A stretch of 40,662 nt of DNA from Chthoniobacterales bacterium (lineage in GTDB: Bacteria; Verrucomicrobiota; Verrucomicrobiia; Chthoniobacterales; UBA10450), in NCBI GenBank assembly GCA_035568735.1, contig DATMNS010000208.1, forward strand, positions 1 to 40,662, read 5' to 3'. The number at the start of each line of letters is the position of its first letter. Positions within the stretch are counted from its first letter, which is position 1. A program made the translations under genes and the position numbers. Below, in pieces: positions 27,413-37,177 of this stretch. The notes under the pieces were generated by a model. That model saw nothing but the letters and a program-made list of their open reading frames with translations. It was not told the origin of the DNA and did not search any database.

Positions 27413-28108
27413 CTACCCGCCAGGGGACGGCGCCGGAAAGATTGCACGCACTGGTTGCGGAGGGTGAAATTTTTCTCGCAGCTCCCGGGTGAAAACCTGC
27501 TCGGCTTCCGCGGGCAGCGCCGCCGACTTTTCGCGGGCCAGTTGGGGCAGAAGAGCGAGCTCGGTCTGGATGTCATCCGGCACGATCCGGTTCCAGAGCC
27601 CGTTCTCGAGAGCGAGGACCTCGATCTGCTGCTCCTCAACGGAGAGAATCTGGGCATGGGGCAATTCGATCAAGATTTCCTCAGGGCGGAGGTTGACGCT
27701 AAATTTTTTCCTCAAATCGAATCCTGCTTTGACCACGAACGTGCCGTGCAACTTGATCCGTTTGGTGCTGCCGGCCCATGAATGTAACATTTCGTGCTCA
27801 ACTTCCACCCGGCGGGCGAGGACCGACAGTTCGGCGACCGTGGTCGTCTGTTCGAGGTAGACGCGATTGTTCACGATCACGCGTGGCTGCAGGTGCGCGA
27901 GCGTGACGAAGGTGTCGCGCGCGTCGCGCCCGAGACGCTCGAGCTCGACCACGCTCTGACCCACCGCTCGTGCGGGCCATTTCTGCACCCTGGAAAAGAG
28001 CCAGGCGGCGAGCAGCGCAAGGACGAAAACGATGAGGACGGCCGCGCCGGGGCAACCCAGCCGCCGCGGTAACTTTTCGGCCGCGGGGCGGCTCGTTTGT
28101 AACTCCAT
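27413..28108 (-). CDS. DUF4230-like membrane-anchored protein
   Basis: Only the last 231 codons are plausible. They start at the ATG at 28108 (MELQTSRPAAEKL…) and have one TM (AAVLIVFVLALLAAWLF). …KLHGTFVVKAGFDL… resembles DUF4230. Confidence 0.7.
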   Translation of the reverse strand: MELQTSRPAAEKLPRRLGCPGAAVLIVFVLALLAAWLFSRVQKWPARAVGQSVVELERLGRDARDTFVTLAHLQPRVIVNNRVYLEQTTTVAELSVLARRVEVEHEMLHSWAGSTKRIKLHGTFVVKAGFDLRKKFSVNLRPEEILIELPHAQILSVEEQQIEVLALENGLWNRIVPDDIQTELALLPQLAREKSAALPAEAEQVFTRELREKFHPPQPVRAIFPAPSPGG

Positions 28109-28273
28109 CAGCCCAAAAAAGTACCGCCCCCACGCCCGAAGGACATGAGGGCGGCTGTTCCCCCCAGAACAATCTTTCAAATCTGAAGCGGAGATAGCCG
28201 ACCTAACTCCGGCATGCAAGAAAATTTTTCTCCCCGGGTGGGAAAAAGTTCCAGCCTGTCCTAATCTTGTTCC

Positions 28274-29125
28274 GTGAAAATCGGCGTGCGCTACGAAACT
28301 GCCTACCGCTATACCGCCCCGGTCAGTTTTATGACCCACGAAATCCGGCTTTTCCCCCGCATCGACGTCTTCACCCGGATGCACCGAATGAAGTTTGAGA
28401 CGAACGCTGGTGCGGATGTGCGTTTTGGGCGCGACGTTTTCGACAATTGCGTCGCCGCCTGTTCCTTTGCCGCGCCAGCGACGGAGCTGCGTTTTCAACT
28501 TGAGCTCGATTTGGAGTTGTTGGAAAAAAATCCGTTCGATTTCCTGCTCACGACCGACGCCCTCACTCTGCCTTTCTCCTACCCATCCGAGTTGCATAGG
28601 GTACTCGCTCCCTTCCGGGAAAGCGACGCCGGTCGGTTGCTCGAAATTCCGCGCTGGGAGCGGCCGCAGACTGGCGCACCCCGGCCGACCGTCGCGACCC
28701 TCGTCGAGCTGAATGAAAGGCTGCACGAAGGTGTCGGCTACGAGCGGCGCGAAGAAGGACCGGCGCGTCTTCCGGCAGAGACCCTGCGCATCGGGCGCGG
28801 CGCCTGCCGCGATGTCGCGCTTCTGCTCGCCGCGATCCTTCGTCAATGCGGGCTGGCCGCTCGCCTAACGAGCGGATATTTACGTGAAGCGGAATCGGAT
28901 TTGCGCCGCGCGGAAGGGTCCCTGCATGCCTGGACCGAAGTTTACCTGCCTGGGGCGGGCTGGGTGGGGATGGATCCGACCAACGGTGTTTTCGCCAACC
29001 ATAATTTCATCCCGGCCGCGGTTGGAATCACCCCCGGCGACGTTACGCCGATCGACGGCAGCTTTTTCCCGCGACAGGCAGGCAGTGCGCAAATGACGAG
29101 CCGGCTGGAACTGCTCAGCCTCTAA
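28274..29125 (+). CDS. Transglutaminase-like cysteine protease family protein (Bact_transglu_N + core)
   Basis: MKIGVRYETAYRYTAPV… is the N-terminal domain. The catalytic triad context is present: GACRDVA…, HAWTEVY…, GMDPTNG. Confidence 0.85.
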   Translation: MKIGVRYETAYRYTAPVSFMTHEIRLFPRIDVFTRMHRMKFETNAGADVRFGRDVFDNCVAACSFAAPATELRFQLELDLELLEKNPFDFLLTTDALTLPFSYPSELHRVLAPFRESDAGRLLEIPRWERPQTGAPRPTVATLVELNERLHEGVGYERREEGPARLPAETLRIGRGACRDVALLLAAILRQCGLAARLTSGYLREAESDLRRAEGSLHAWTEVYLPGAGWVGMDPTNGVFANHNFIPAAVGITPGDVTPIDGSFFPRQAGSAQMTSRLELLSL

Positions 29126-29136
29126 GCGCGCGCGTC

Positions 29137-30192
29137 ATGCTTCGCGATCTGCAACTGCGCGATTTCCGCTGCTTCGCGGCGATCGCCGTTGAATTCTCTC
29201 CAGGCTTCAATTTCATTGTGGGCGCGAACGGCCAGGGGAAAACGACATTGCTCGAGGCCGCCTGCGTCCTCCTGCGTTTGCAATCGCAACGCTCCTCGAG
29301 CCTCGCGCCCACGGTGCGGGCCGGAGGGCGCTCGTTTATTGTCTCCGGCCACGCCGGGGAACACCTATTGCAATTTTATTACAGCGCGCTGCGGCGGAAA
29401 GTGGCCTTCGATGGCGTCGAACAGCACGATCAGGCGGAGTATTTGCGCCTTTTCAGGGTGGTTTCCTTCGCCAGTCACGACCTCGAATTGATCCGCGGCC
29501 CGGGCGAAATGCGACGACGCTATCTGGACTTTATCGGAACGCAGACGGAAGCACGTTACCGGCCGGTTTTGCGCGCCTACGAGCGGGCGCTCCGATCGCG
29601 GAATGTGCTCTTGAAATCGCCGCACGCGCGACCGCGAGAACTGGCGGCCTATACCGAGCCCCTGGTGCGGGCAGGAACCTCGTTGCGCGAGATGCGGGCG
29701 ACACTCGTTAGGCGGTTGGCCCCTTGCGCGGAAATCAGCCACCGCGCGATCAGTGGCGGCCACGAAAACCTCTCGCTCGAATACGCGCCGGGCAGCGAAG
29801 AGGATTTCGCCGCGCAACTCGCGCGAACGCGGACGGAGGAAGGGCGCCTCCGGCTCACGATCGTCGGGCCACATCGCGACGATTTGCGCCTGCAGGTCGA
29901 AGCCATGCCTGCCGCGCACTTTGCTTCCGAGGGTCAACAGCGCACCATCGCGCTCGCCTTGAAGCTGGCCCAGGCGCAGGTTTTCGCCGAGGACGCAGCC
30001 ACCCCGCCGCTCCTCCTGGTCGACGACATCTTTGGCGAGCTGGATGCCGCGCGGCGCAACGCTCTGCTCGCCCATTTGCCTAACGAGTCGCAAAAATTAG
30101 TGACGGCGACCGCGCTCGATTGGCGCGCGGGCGATTGGGCGGGACCGGTTTTGGAACTGGCCGACGGCCAGATTCGCCGGCGCGACAAGTAA
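29137..30192 (+). CDS. recF: DNA replication and repair protein RecF
   Basis: MLRDLQLRDFRCF… with Walker A GANGQGKTTLLEA, …SEGQQRT.ALALKLA… and LLLVDDIFGELD. Confidence 0.95.
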   Translation: MLRDLQLRDFRCFAAIAVEFSPGFNFIVGANGQGKTTLLEAACVLLRLQSQRSSSLAPTVRAGGRSFIVSGHAGEHLLQFYYSALRRKVAFDGVEQHDQAEYLRLFRVVSFASHDLELIRGPGEMRRRYLDFIGTQTEARYRPVLRAYERALRSRNVLLKSPHARPRELAAYTEPLVRAGTSLREMRATLVRRLAPCAEISHRAISGGHENLSLEYAPGSEEDFAAQLARTRTEEGRLRLTIVGPHRDDLRLQVEAMPAAHFASEGQQRTIALALKLAQAQVFAEDAATPPLLLVDDIFGELDAARRNALLAHLPNESQKLVTATALDWRAGDWAGPVLELADGQIRRRDK

Positions 30193-30277
30193 TCAGGACC
30201 GCTGCCCCGCGACGGTTTCATCGAACCCCCTCTCAGCTGGGGCTTGCGAACGGGCTTCCCACGCCTTCTATTTTCCT

Positions 30278-30835
30278 ATGCGCCGCCAGGCGGGGAAGCC
30301 GCAGAACTTCACGGGGCAGTTGCTCGTCGCTCATCCCAGCATGCTCGACCCGAACTTCCGGCGCTGCGTGCTCTTCATCTCCGCGCACGACGAAAACGAA
30401 GGCGCGGTCGGTGTAATCATCAACCGTCCTTTGGATAAACATGTCTCCGAGCTGGTGACCGATCCGACGCCCGCCGCGCTCGCCGACGTGCCCGTGTTCC
30501 TCGGCGGCCCGGTGGCGACGAACCAGCTGATGTTCGCCGCGTTCGACTGGAAGGGACGCGATTCGCTTAGCTTGGATCAGAACGTCGCCCTCGAGGAAGC
30601 GCATCAACTTGCGGAGCGGGATCGCAGTGCGGTGCGGGCCTTTGTCGGCTATGCGGGCTGGACTGCGGGCCAGCTGGAGAACGAATTGCGCCAAAATGCG
30701 TGGGTGCTGCAAGCGCCGAATCGTGCGGCCCTCACACCGGAGCGATTACCCAAGCTATGGTTCGAAATCATGCGGGGTCTCGGACCCTGGTTCAAGATGC
30801 TGTCGGCGGCGCCGGATGATCCTTCTTTGAACTAG
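30278..30835 (+). CDS. YqgE/AlgH family (UPF0301) protein
   Basis: GQLLVAHPSMLDPNFRRCVLFISAHDENEGAVGVIINRPL…GGPV… is the family signature. Confidence 0.9.
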   Translation: MRRQAGKPQNFTGQLLVAHPSMLDPNFRRCVLFISAHDENEGAVGVIINRPLDKHVSELVTDPTPAALADVPVFLGGPVATNQLMFAAFDWKGRDSLSLDQNVALEEAHQLAERDRSAVRAFVGYAGWTAGQLENELRQNAWVLQAPNRAALTPERLPKLWFEIMRGLGPWFKMLSAAPDDPSLN

Positions 30836-30871
30836 CTTCACGCGGTTTTCGATGCGAAGCAGTGCGGATAT

Positions 30872-31999
30872 ATGATCATCGGCATCCCGAAAGAGATTAA
30901 GCAGCAGGAAAACCGCGTCAGCCTGTTGCCTTCCGCGGCTTATCAGCTGACCAAGCGCGGCCACACTGTGTTGGTGGAGAAAAGCGCCGGCGTGGGCACG
31001 GGTTATCCCGACTCCGATTACGCGGCATCGGGTGCGACGATTATCGATCAGGCGCGCGACCTTTTTCAGCAAGCCGAAATGATCGTGAAAGTGAAGGAAC
31101 CGCTCCCGGCCGAATACGGGCTTCTGCGCAAGGGACAGATTCTCTTCACTTACCTGCATCTGGCGGCGAGTCGGCCGCTGACCGAAGCGCTCTTGAAATC
31201 TGGCGTGACGGGCGTGGCCTACGAGACGATCCAGGTGGGCAACCGCCTGCCACTGCTCGAACCGATGAGCGAGATCGCCGGACGCATGTCGGTCGTGATG
31301 GGCGCCTATTTCCTCGCGAAACACAACGGCGGCAACGGCGTGCTGCTCGGCGGCGTGCCGGGCGTGCTCCCGGGAAAAGTGGCCGTGCTTGGCGGTGGCA
31401 CATCGGGCGTCAACGCCGCACGAATGGCGACTGGCCTGGGCGCCGATGTCACTATTCTGGAAGTGGATCTCGAACGGATGCGTTTCCTCGACATGACGAT
31501 GCACTCGGCCAACACGCTTTACTCGAGCGAGGCGCATTTGCAGGAATTGATGCCGGCGGTCGATCTCTTGATCGGGGCGGTGCTCGTCCCGGGAGCAAAA
31601 GCGCCGAAGCTGATCACGCGCGACATGTTGCGCGAGATGCGCCCGGGCAGCGTGGTTGTCGATATCGCGATCGACCAGGGCGGCTGTGTGGAAACCTCGC
31701 GACCGACGACCCATCTCAACCCGGTTTATGTCGAGGAAGGCGTAATTCATTACTGCGTGGCCAACATGCCCGCCGCCTACGCAAGGACCGCGACTCAGGC
31801 GCTCACGAATATTACTTACCGTTACGTCGAATTGCTCGCTGATCTCGGTCTGAAGGAAGCGTGTGAACGCCAACCGGCCCTGACCGGCGGAATCAACACG
31901 ATGGATGGCCGCCTGACGCACCGCGCCGTGGCCGAAGCGCACGGGATGGAGTACGAGCCGCCTTTCCAACCCGCTCCCGGAGGCGCGTTTCCCTCCTAG
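30872..31999 (+). CDS. ald: Alanine dehydrogenase
   Basis: [20 protein letters not shown]…, NAD motif [14 protein letters not shown], and …[17 protein letters not shown]. Confidence 0.95.
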   Translation: MIIGIPKEIKQQENRVSLLPSAAYQLTKRGHTVLVEKSAGVGTGYPDSDYAASGATIIDQARDLFQQAEMIVKVKEPLPAEYGLLRKGQILFTYLHLAASRPLTEALLKSGVTGVAYETIQVGNRLPLLEPMSEIAGRMSVVMGAYFLAKHNGGNGVLLGGVPGVLPGKVAVLGGGTSGVNAARMATGLGADVTILEVDLERMRFLDMTMHSANTLYSSEAHLQELMPAVDLLIGAVLVPGAKAPKLITRDMLREMRPGSVVVDIAIDQGGCVETSRPTTHLNPVYVEEGVIHYCVANMPAAYARTATQALTNITYRYVELLADLGLKEACERQPALTGGINTMDGRLTHRAVAEAHGMEYEPPFQPAPGGAFPS

Positions 32000-32114
32000 G
32001 CGCAGATTCTGGCCGAGAGGAAAGTTCCATCCGAAAATAAAAATGCCACAGAGCCGAAAACTTCGCTTGCTCCGAACCAATAGTTACCCCAACATGGCCC
32101 TTCATCCACATCCT

Positions 32115-32378
32115 ATGAAGAAATATATCTGCATTCTGGCTAGCGCCGCGCTTCTCGTAGCGTGCGAACAAAAAACCGAAACCGCGGCTCCGGCTGCATC
32201 TCCCGCCGAGACCACCTCGTCGGAGACGACAACGACTACGACTACGACCACGACGAGCCCCGCTGAATCTCCGATGGCAACCACGGCTCCGATGGAATCA
32301 TCGAGTCCAATGGAAGCTGCCAGCCCGGCTGCGACCGAGGGCAGCACCACGGAGACGACCCCGGCGCCGACTCCTTAG
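32115..32378 (+). CDS. Small lipoprotein, Thr/Ser/Pro/Ala-rich low complexity
   Basis: MKKYICILASAALLVAC has a lipobox (LVAC) and is followed by a run of 10 Thr. I prefer the ATG at 32115 to the longer ORF start at 32043. Confidence 0.6.
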   Translation: MKKYICILASAALLVACEQKTETAAPAASPAETTSSETTTTTTTTTTSPAESPMATTAPMESSSPMEAASPAATEGSTTETTPAPTP

Positions 32379-32916
32379 CCCCGGCCTAGCTTCAAAGGCA
32401 GAATCTTTCTGCGGGCCTTTGCCCGGAGGAAGATTTTTGCGGTACGCGAGATGCGCTGGTCGGCCAATCTGAGTGGCTGCCGGGACCGCTCCCATGTTTC
32501 GCCACGGAAGAGGCTGGCGGCAATCTCATCCGAAATGACCGGTTTGCTCAACAAAGCCTTGGCTACTAGCCACGCCATTTCAGACTGAAGGGTTGAGGTT
32601 AAACCATTCGCTAGTTCACAGCATAAGCGATCGTGCTGAGGAGCGCTGCTCCGTCGGCGAGGTCGAGGCGTGTGTCTCGCACGACCCGTGTCGCGTGGGA
32701 TCTCAAACGAGCGCGAAAATCCAAACCGCCCAGATAATTTCTGGGAACCGCTCGACGCCGAGTAGGATCACGATGCGCACGGACCCTTCGATCCGCCCGC
32801 GCGCCAGCGGAGTCCGCAGTTGTGGCGCCACGACCCATCGGCGCTGGCTTGCCGCCGGGTTGCTCGCCGGCGTGGTGCCCGCACTTTTTGGCCGGTGCGC
32901 TTTTCGTTAGGCCGTC

Positions 32917-34773
32917 TCAGAGACGCGATTCGCCCTCACGACAAAGGCGGAGCGCGCTGTTCACGAGGGCAACGTGCGAAAAAGCTTGCGGAAAATTTCC
33001 CAGCAGCCGTTTTTTGCGGGGCGTGTATTCCTCGGAGAGGAGCCCGAGGTCATTCCGCAAATCAAGCAGGCGCTCGAAGAGCAGGCGCGCGTCTTTGCCG
33101 CGCCCGGTGAGGTAATAGCAATCGACCAGCCAGAAAGAACAGGGAAGAAAAACACCCTCCGGGCCGGGTAAGCCGTCGACTTTCTCTTCGCCCGGCCGAT
33201 AGCGCAGGACGAGTCCGTTCTCGAGCAGCTCGCGCTCGACCGCCACGATGGTTCCAAGCACCCGCTCATCGTTAGGCGGAAGAAAGCCGACCAACGGAAG
33301 CATGAGGATGCTCGCGTCCATCACGTCGGCCCCGTAGGACTGCGTGAACGCGTTCTTTTTCTTGTTGTAACCGAAGCGGCAAACCGAACGATGGATTTTA
33401 TCGCGCAATTTCCTCCAGCGTTCGAGGCTCTGGCCAGGCGCGCAGTGATACTGCTCGACGAGTTTCACCGCGCGATCGAATGCGACCCAGGCCATGACTT
33501 TGGAATGGGTGAATTGCCGGCGCGGGCCGCGCACTTCCCAAATGCCTTCATCGGGCTCGTGCCACTTTGTTTCGAGAAAGCGCAGCAGTGCCACCTGTAA
33601 GCGCCAGTCGGCCTCGTTCATCTCCAGCCCACAGCGGTGCGCTTGAAACATCGCGTCGACGACTTCGCCAAAAACGTCGAGCTGAAATTGGCCCGAAGCC
33701 GCGTTGCCAACGCGGACGGGCCGGGATTTTTCGTAGCCGTCCAGCCACGGCAGTTCGTATTCGTCGAGCCGCCGCTCTCCGCGCACCCCGTACATGATTT
33801 GTAACTGGGCGGGACTGCCAGCGATGGCGCGCAGAAGCCATTCGCGCCATGCTTTTGCTTCTTCTTCGTAGCCAGCGCCGAGCAGTGCGGTGAGGGTAAA
33901 AGTCGCGTCCCGCAGCCAACAATAGCGGTAGTCCCAATTGCGCACGCCGCCGATTTTTTCCGGCAACGAGGTAGTAAGCGCGGCGACAATGCCGCCCGTC
34001 GGCGCGTAGGTGAGACCTTTCAGCGTAATGAGCGAGCGCATGACTGCGTCTCGCCACCGACCGGATCGCCCGTAGCGCTCGGCCCATTGCAGCCAGTAGA
34101 TTTCCGTTTCCTGAAGGGCATGCCCTGGATCCACTTCCTTGGGCGGAAGTTCGTGGGACGCATACCAGGTAAGGACAAACGGCACGCAGTCGCCTTGCGC
34201 GACGGTGAATTTTGCCACCGTCTTGAGGTCTTGGCCACGCGTCGGGATGGGCGTGCGCAAAATCAGCGCATCAGGCCCCGCGACCGCTTCGAGGCCGCCA
34301 TGCCGCTGCCGCACCCAGGGTACGATGGAGCCATAGTCGAAACGAATGATCAACTCCATGTTAATCGTCACTCTCCCCTTCAGCCCCTCGATGATGCGGA
34401 CGATGTCGGGATTCGTCCCGCGCGGCGGCATGAAATCGATGAAACGGACCGCGCCTTCCGCTGTCTCCACCTCGGTCTCCAGAATCAAACTGTCCCCACG
34501 ATAACGCCGTGCGCACTTCTTGATTCTGCCCTTCGGCTTGAATTGCCAGCAGCCGTTTTCTTTTTTGCCTAACAAAGCCGCAAAACAGGCGCCGGAATCA
34601 AAACGGGGCAGGCAAAGCCAGTCGACCGAGCCGTCGCGACTAACGAGTGCGCCACTCTGTGTATCGCTAAGGAAAGCGTAGTCCTCGATCGACGGGTTGA
34701 TCTTTCTTTTCCTCCTCTTCATCGAGGGTGCGATCGGGAAGTTTTGAACGGCGCTCCCCAAAACACGCGTCAT
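32917..34773 (-). CDS. Glycoside hydrolase family 15 (glucoamylase/trehalase-like)
   Basis: …IEDYAFLSDTQSGALVSRDGSVDWLCLPRFDS… and …NWDYRYCWLRDA… are GH15 signatures. The start may be the ATG at 34773 or at 34722 (MKRRKRK…). Confidence 0.85.
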   Translation of the reverse strand: MTRVLGSAVQNFPIAPSMKRRKRKINPSIEDYAFLSDTQSGALVSRDGSVDWLCLPRFDSGACFAALLGKKENGCWQFKPKGRIKKCARRYRGDSLILETEVETAEGAVRFIDFMPPRGTNPDIVRIIEGLKGRVTINMELIIRFDYGSIVPWVRQRHGGLEAVAGPDALILRTPIPTRGQDLKTVAKFTVAQGDCVPFVLTWYASHELPPKEVDPGHALQETEIYWLQWAERYGRSGRWRDAVMRSLITLKGLTYAPTGGIVAALTTSLPEKIGGVRNWDYRYCWLRDATFTLTALLGAGYEEEAKAWREWLLRAIAGSPAQLQIMYGVRGERRLDEYELPWLDGYEKSRPVRVGNAASGQFQLDVFGEVVDAMFQAHRCGLEMNEADWRLQVALLRFLETKWHEPDEGIWEVRGPRRQFTHSKVMAWVAFDRAVKLVEQYHCAPGQSLERWRKLRDKIHRSVCRFGYNKKKNAFTQSYGADVMDASILMLPLVGFLPPNDERVLGTIVAVERELLENGLVLRYRPGEEKVDGLPGPEGVFLPCSFWLVDCYYLTGRGKDARLLFERLLDLRNDLGLLSEEYTPRKKRLLGNFPQAFSHVALVNSALRLCREGESRL

Positions 34774-34799
34774 TAATTAACAGCTCATGAAAACACAAA

Positions 34800-35318
34800 T
34801 CACTCGCAAACTACGCCGCCCGGCTCCTGCGCGAGCTGCGCGATTCCGTCGCGCGTGAGACGAAAAATCGTCCACTCCTCGTTCGGCCTGGCCCCCAGCT
34901 TGCGGTAAAACTGGATGGCCGGCTCATTCCAATCGAGCACCGCCCATTCCATTCGCCCGCACCCGCGCTCGCGGGCGATTCGCGCGAGGCGCACCAGCAG
35001 GGCGCGGCCGTAACCTCTGCCACGGACTTCCGGCCTAACGAAAAGATCCTCGAGATAAAGTCCGCGTCGCCCCAGCCAGGTGGAGAAATTGTGAAAGAAA
35101 AGCGCGAAGCACACCGGCACGCCGCCCTCCTCACCAAGTAACACTTCCGCCGCCGGATGCGCGCCGAAGAGCGCTTCCTCCAGGGCCGCTTCCGTCGCCA
35201 CCACATCCTGCGGCGCGCGCTCGTATTCGGCCAGCTCGCGGATCAGGGCCAGGATGGCCGGCACGTCCGCGCGCGCGGAAAGGCGAATCGAGAAATCGGA
35301 TTTCTTGATCCCAGACAC
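34800..35318 (-). CDS. GNAT family N-acetyltransferase
   Basis: …LFVRPEVRGRGYGRALL… is the acetyl-CoA motif. The long ORF start (35453) overlaps the topoisomerase gene, so I chose the in-frame GTG at 35318 (VSGIKKSDFSIRLSARADV…). That start is uncertain. Confidence 0.7.
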   Translation of the reverse strand: MSGIKKSDFSIRLSARADVPAILALIRELAEYERAPQDVVATEAALEEALFGAHPAAEVLLGEEGGVPVCFALFFHNFSTWLGRRGLYLEDLFVRPEVRGRGYGRALLVRLARIARERGCGRMEWAVLDWNEPAIQFYRKLGARPNEEWTIFRLTRDGIAQLAQEPGGVVCE

Positions 35319-35370
35319 CGGATACGAGTTAGCTCTTCGGCCGCAAAGCGCAACCGGGCGTTCTCGCCGA

Positions 35371-36495
35371 TCACGGCCAGGCTTCAGCTTTTTTCGCCAG
35401 CTTCTCCTGGAGAAAGGCGAGCACTGCGGCCTCCTCCGCCCGCAAGTCGCCAAACGAATCTGCGAGCGTCTCCTCGCGGCGTTTCCGCAGGCCCGCGATC
35501 AAGTTACCGTCCAGATAGGTTTCCAACACCGCGGGGTGAACGTAACACTTGCGGCAGACCGCCGGGGTGTTGCCGAGCACCCTCGCGACCGCCCCGATCG
35601 CATTCTTGATGTTTTTCTTCGCTTGCGATTTGTTCTCGAAGGGCTCCTGGGCCTGCAGAACCGTCGCGGCCATGATCGTGCCGGCCCACGTGCGAAAATC
35701 CTTCGCGGTAAACTCTTCGCCGGTCGTCTCGCGCAGGTATTGGTTCACTTCGTCGGAGGTCACCTGATGCTGTCCCCCCTTGGCGTCGAGACACTGGAAG
35801 ATTTCCTGGCCGGGCAATTCCTGCAGTTTTTTGATGATCCGGGCCACGCGCCGGTCTTCAGTGTCGATGTCGTGCGCCTGGCCGCTCTTGCCGCGGAACC
35901 GAAAGCGGACCTTCGCTCCCTTCACCTCGACATGGCGATTCCGCATTGTCGTTAGGCCAAACGATTTGTTTTCCTTTGCGTATGCTTCATTCCCAATACG
36001 GATCAGGCTCCTTTCGAGGAGCTGGACCACGGTCGCGAGGACTTTTTCCCGCGGGAGTCCGCGTCGCTTCAGGTCGCGATTGATTCGTCGCCGGATCCCG
36101 GGCAGCGCCTGACCGAAAACGATCATCTTTTCGTATTTGTTCTCGTCGCGCTCTTCGCGCCAACGGTCGTGATAACGGTATTGTTTGCGCCCGCGCTCGT
36201 CGCGGCCGGTCGCCTGGAGGTGGCCATTCGGCGATGGACATATCCAGACGTCCGTGTAGGCGGGCGGAATCGCGAGTCGATTCAGACGCATGACGCGCGC
36301 TTCGTCGTGGATCTCTCTTCCCTCGGTATCGAAGTAGAGAAACGTCCGGCCCCGGCGTCGCCGCGTGTAACCGGGACTTTCATCGCTCACGTAACGCAGC
36401 CCGGCCTCCTCCGCCGCTTCTTGCGGGTCGGTGATAATCTCGAGGCTGGCGATTTTTTTCCTTTCCTGGGACAGCTTGCGAGCAGTGGTGGACAC
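35371..36495 (-). CDS. DNA topoisomerase IB (bacterial, poxvirus-like)
   Basis: …LRYVSDESPGYTRRR…IPPAYTDVWI…GRD.RGRKQYRYH..W……FRF.GKSG………KDFRTW.GT……CRKCYVHP (candidate catalytic Tyr). GTG start. 374 aa. Confidence 0.9.
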   Translation of the reverse strand: MSTTARKLSQERKKIASLEIITDPQEAAEEAGLRYVSDESPGYTRRRRGRTFLYFDTEGREIHDEARVMRLNRLAIPPAYTDVWICPSPNGHLQATGRDERGRKQYRYHDRWREERDENKYEKMIVFGQALPGIRRRINRDLKRRGLPREKVLATVVQLLERSLIRIGNEAYAKENKSFGLTTMRNRHVEVKGAKVRFRFRGKSGQAHDIDTEDRRVARIIKKLQELPGQEIFQCLDAKGGQHQVTSDEVNQYLRETTGEEFTAKDFRTWAGTIMAATVLQAQEPFENKSQAKKNIKNAIGAVARVLGNTPAVCRKCYVHPAVLETYLDGNLIAGLRKRREETLADSFGDLRAEEAAVLAFLQEKLAKKAEAWP

Positions 36496-36542
36496 GCTTG
36501 CAATACGCGTGTTGCATCGGCAAAGGTCGCCTCGGCACGGGC

Positions 36543-37043
36543 ATGAAGATTCTTGAAACCGAAAGATTGCTCCTCTACCCGCTGACGACGAAGGACGCCG
36601 ACTTCATGCTCATGCTCATGAATGAACCCGGCTTCATCAAATACGTCGCGGACCGCGGTCTGCGGACAAGCGCGGATGCCGCGGATTACATTTCCCAAAA
36701 GATTATTCCGAGCTACGCGCGATTCGGATTCGGACTTTATCGAGTGGACTTGAAGGAATCCAAGACGGCGATCGGGATCTGCGGATTGGTGAAGAGGGAC
36801 ACGCTCGAGGAGGTGGACATCGGATTTTCCATTCTCCAGCGATTTTGCGGTAAGGGTTACGCCTACGAGGCGGCGGCGGCGGTAATGCGATACGGGCGCA
36901 ACGTCCTTGGATTGCCTCGCATCGTCGGTGTCACCGCGCCAGACAACCGGGCTTCGATTCATTTGCTGGAAAAACTCGGCCTGAAGCGGCAGCGAAAAAT
37001 CCATTTGCCTGGATACGGGCCGGAAAGCTTGCTCTTCGGCTAA
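36543..37043 (+). CDS. GNAT family N-acetyltransferase (RimJ/RimL-like)
   Basis: MKILETERLLLYPLT..D… is a typical N-terminus for this family, together with …QRFCGKGYAYEAA… ATG at 36543. Confidence 0.85.
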   Translation: MKILETERLLLYPLTTKDADFMLMLMNEPGFIKYVADRGLRTSADAADYISQKIIPSYARFGFGLYRVDLKESKTAIGICGLVKRDTLEEVDIGFSILQRFCGKGYAYEAAAAVMRYGRNVLGLPRIVGVTAPDNRASIHLLEKLGLKRQRKIHLPGYGPESLLFG

Positions 37044-37152
37044 TCGCCATCGGCGCCTCGACGGCAATCCCACGGGACGACTGCGGGGACCACTGGCGAA
37101 ACGAGGCCGCAGCGCGAATTCGATCATCCGTCGCGGAGCGCGGCATGGGCAT

Positions 37153-37161
37153 TGCTATAAT
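37153..37161 (+). promoter_or_regulatory. Extended -10 element (TGcTATAAT) in an AT-rich patch upstream of the hydrolase gene
   Basis: TG at 37153-37154 and a perfect TATAAT at 37156-37161. ATG codons at 37166 and 37178 follow within 5-17 nt without an SD, so the leader is short or absent. Confidence 0.3.
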
Positions 37162-37177
37162 TGTCATGATTATCATA

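Noticed and set aside
28109-28846. N-terminal extension of ORF 27413-28846
   Set aside because: It is antisense to the transglutaminase-like gene. The DUF4230-like protein starts plausibly at MELQTS (28108).
1193-29186. HIP1-like palindrome GCGATCGC at 1193, 6693, 8013, 10622, 23312 and 29179
   Set aside because: The enrichment is modest, at least 6 against about 1.3 expected. It is plausibly explained by favoured GCG-ATC-GCN (Ala-Ile-Ala) codon strings, and the count is too small to call.
32375-32578. 67-aa minus-strand ORF (MAWLVAKALLSKPVISDEIAASLFRG…)
   Set aside because: No recognisable family, no SD, and it overlaps the lipoprotein gene's 3' end. It is kept only as part of the spacer finding.
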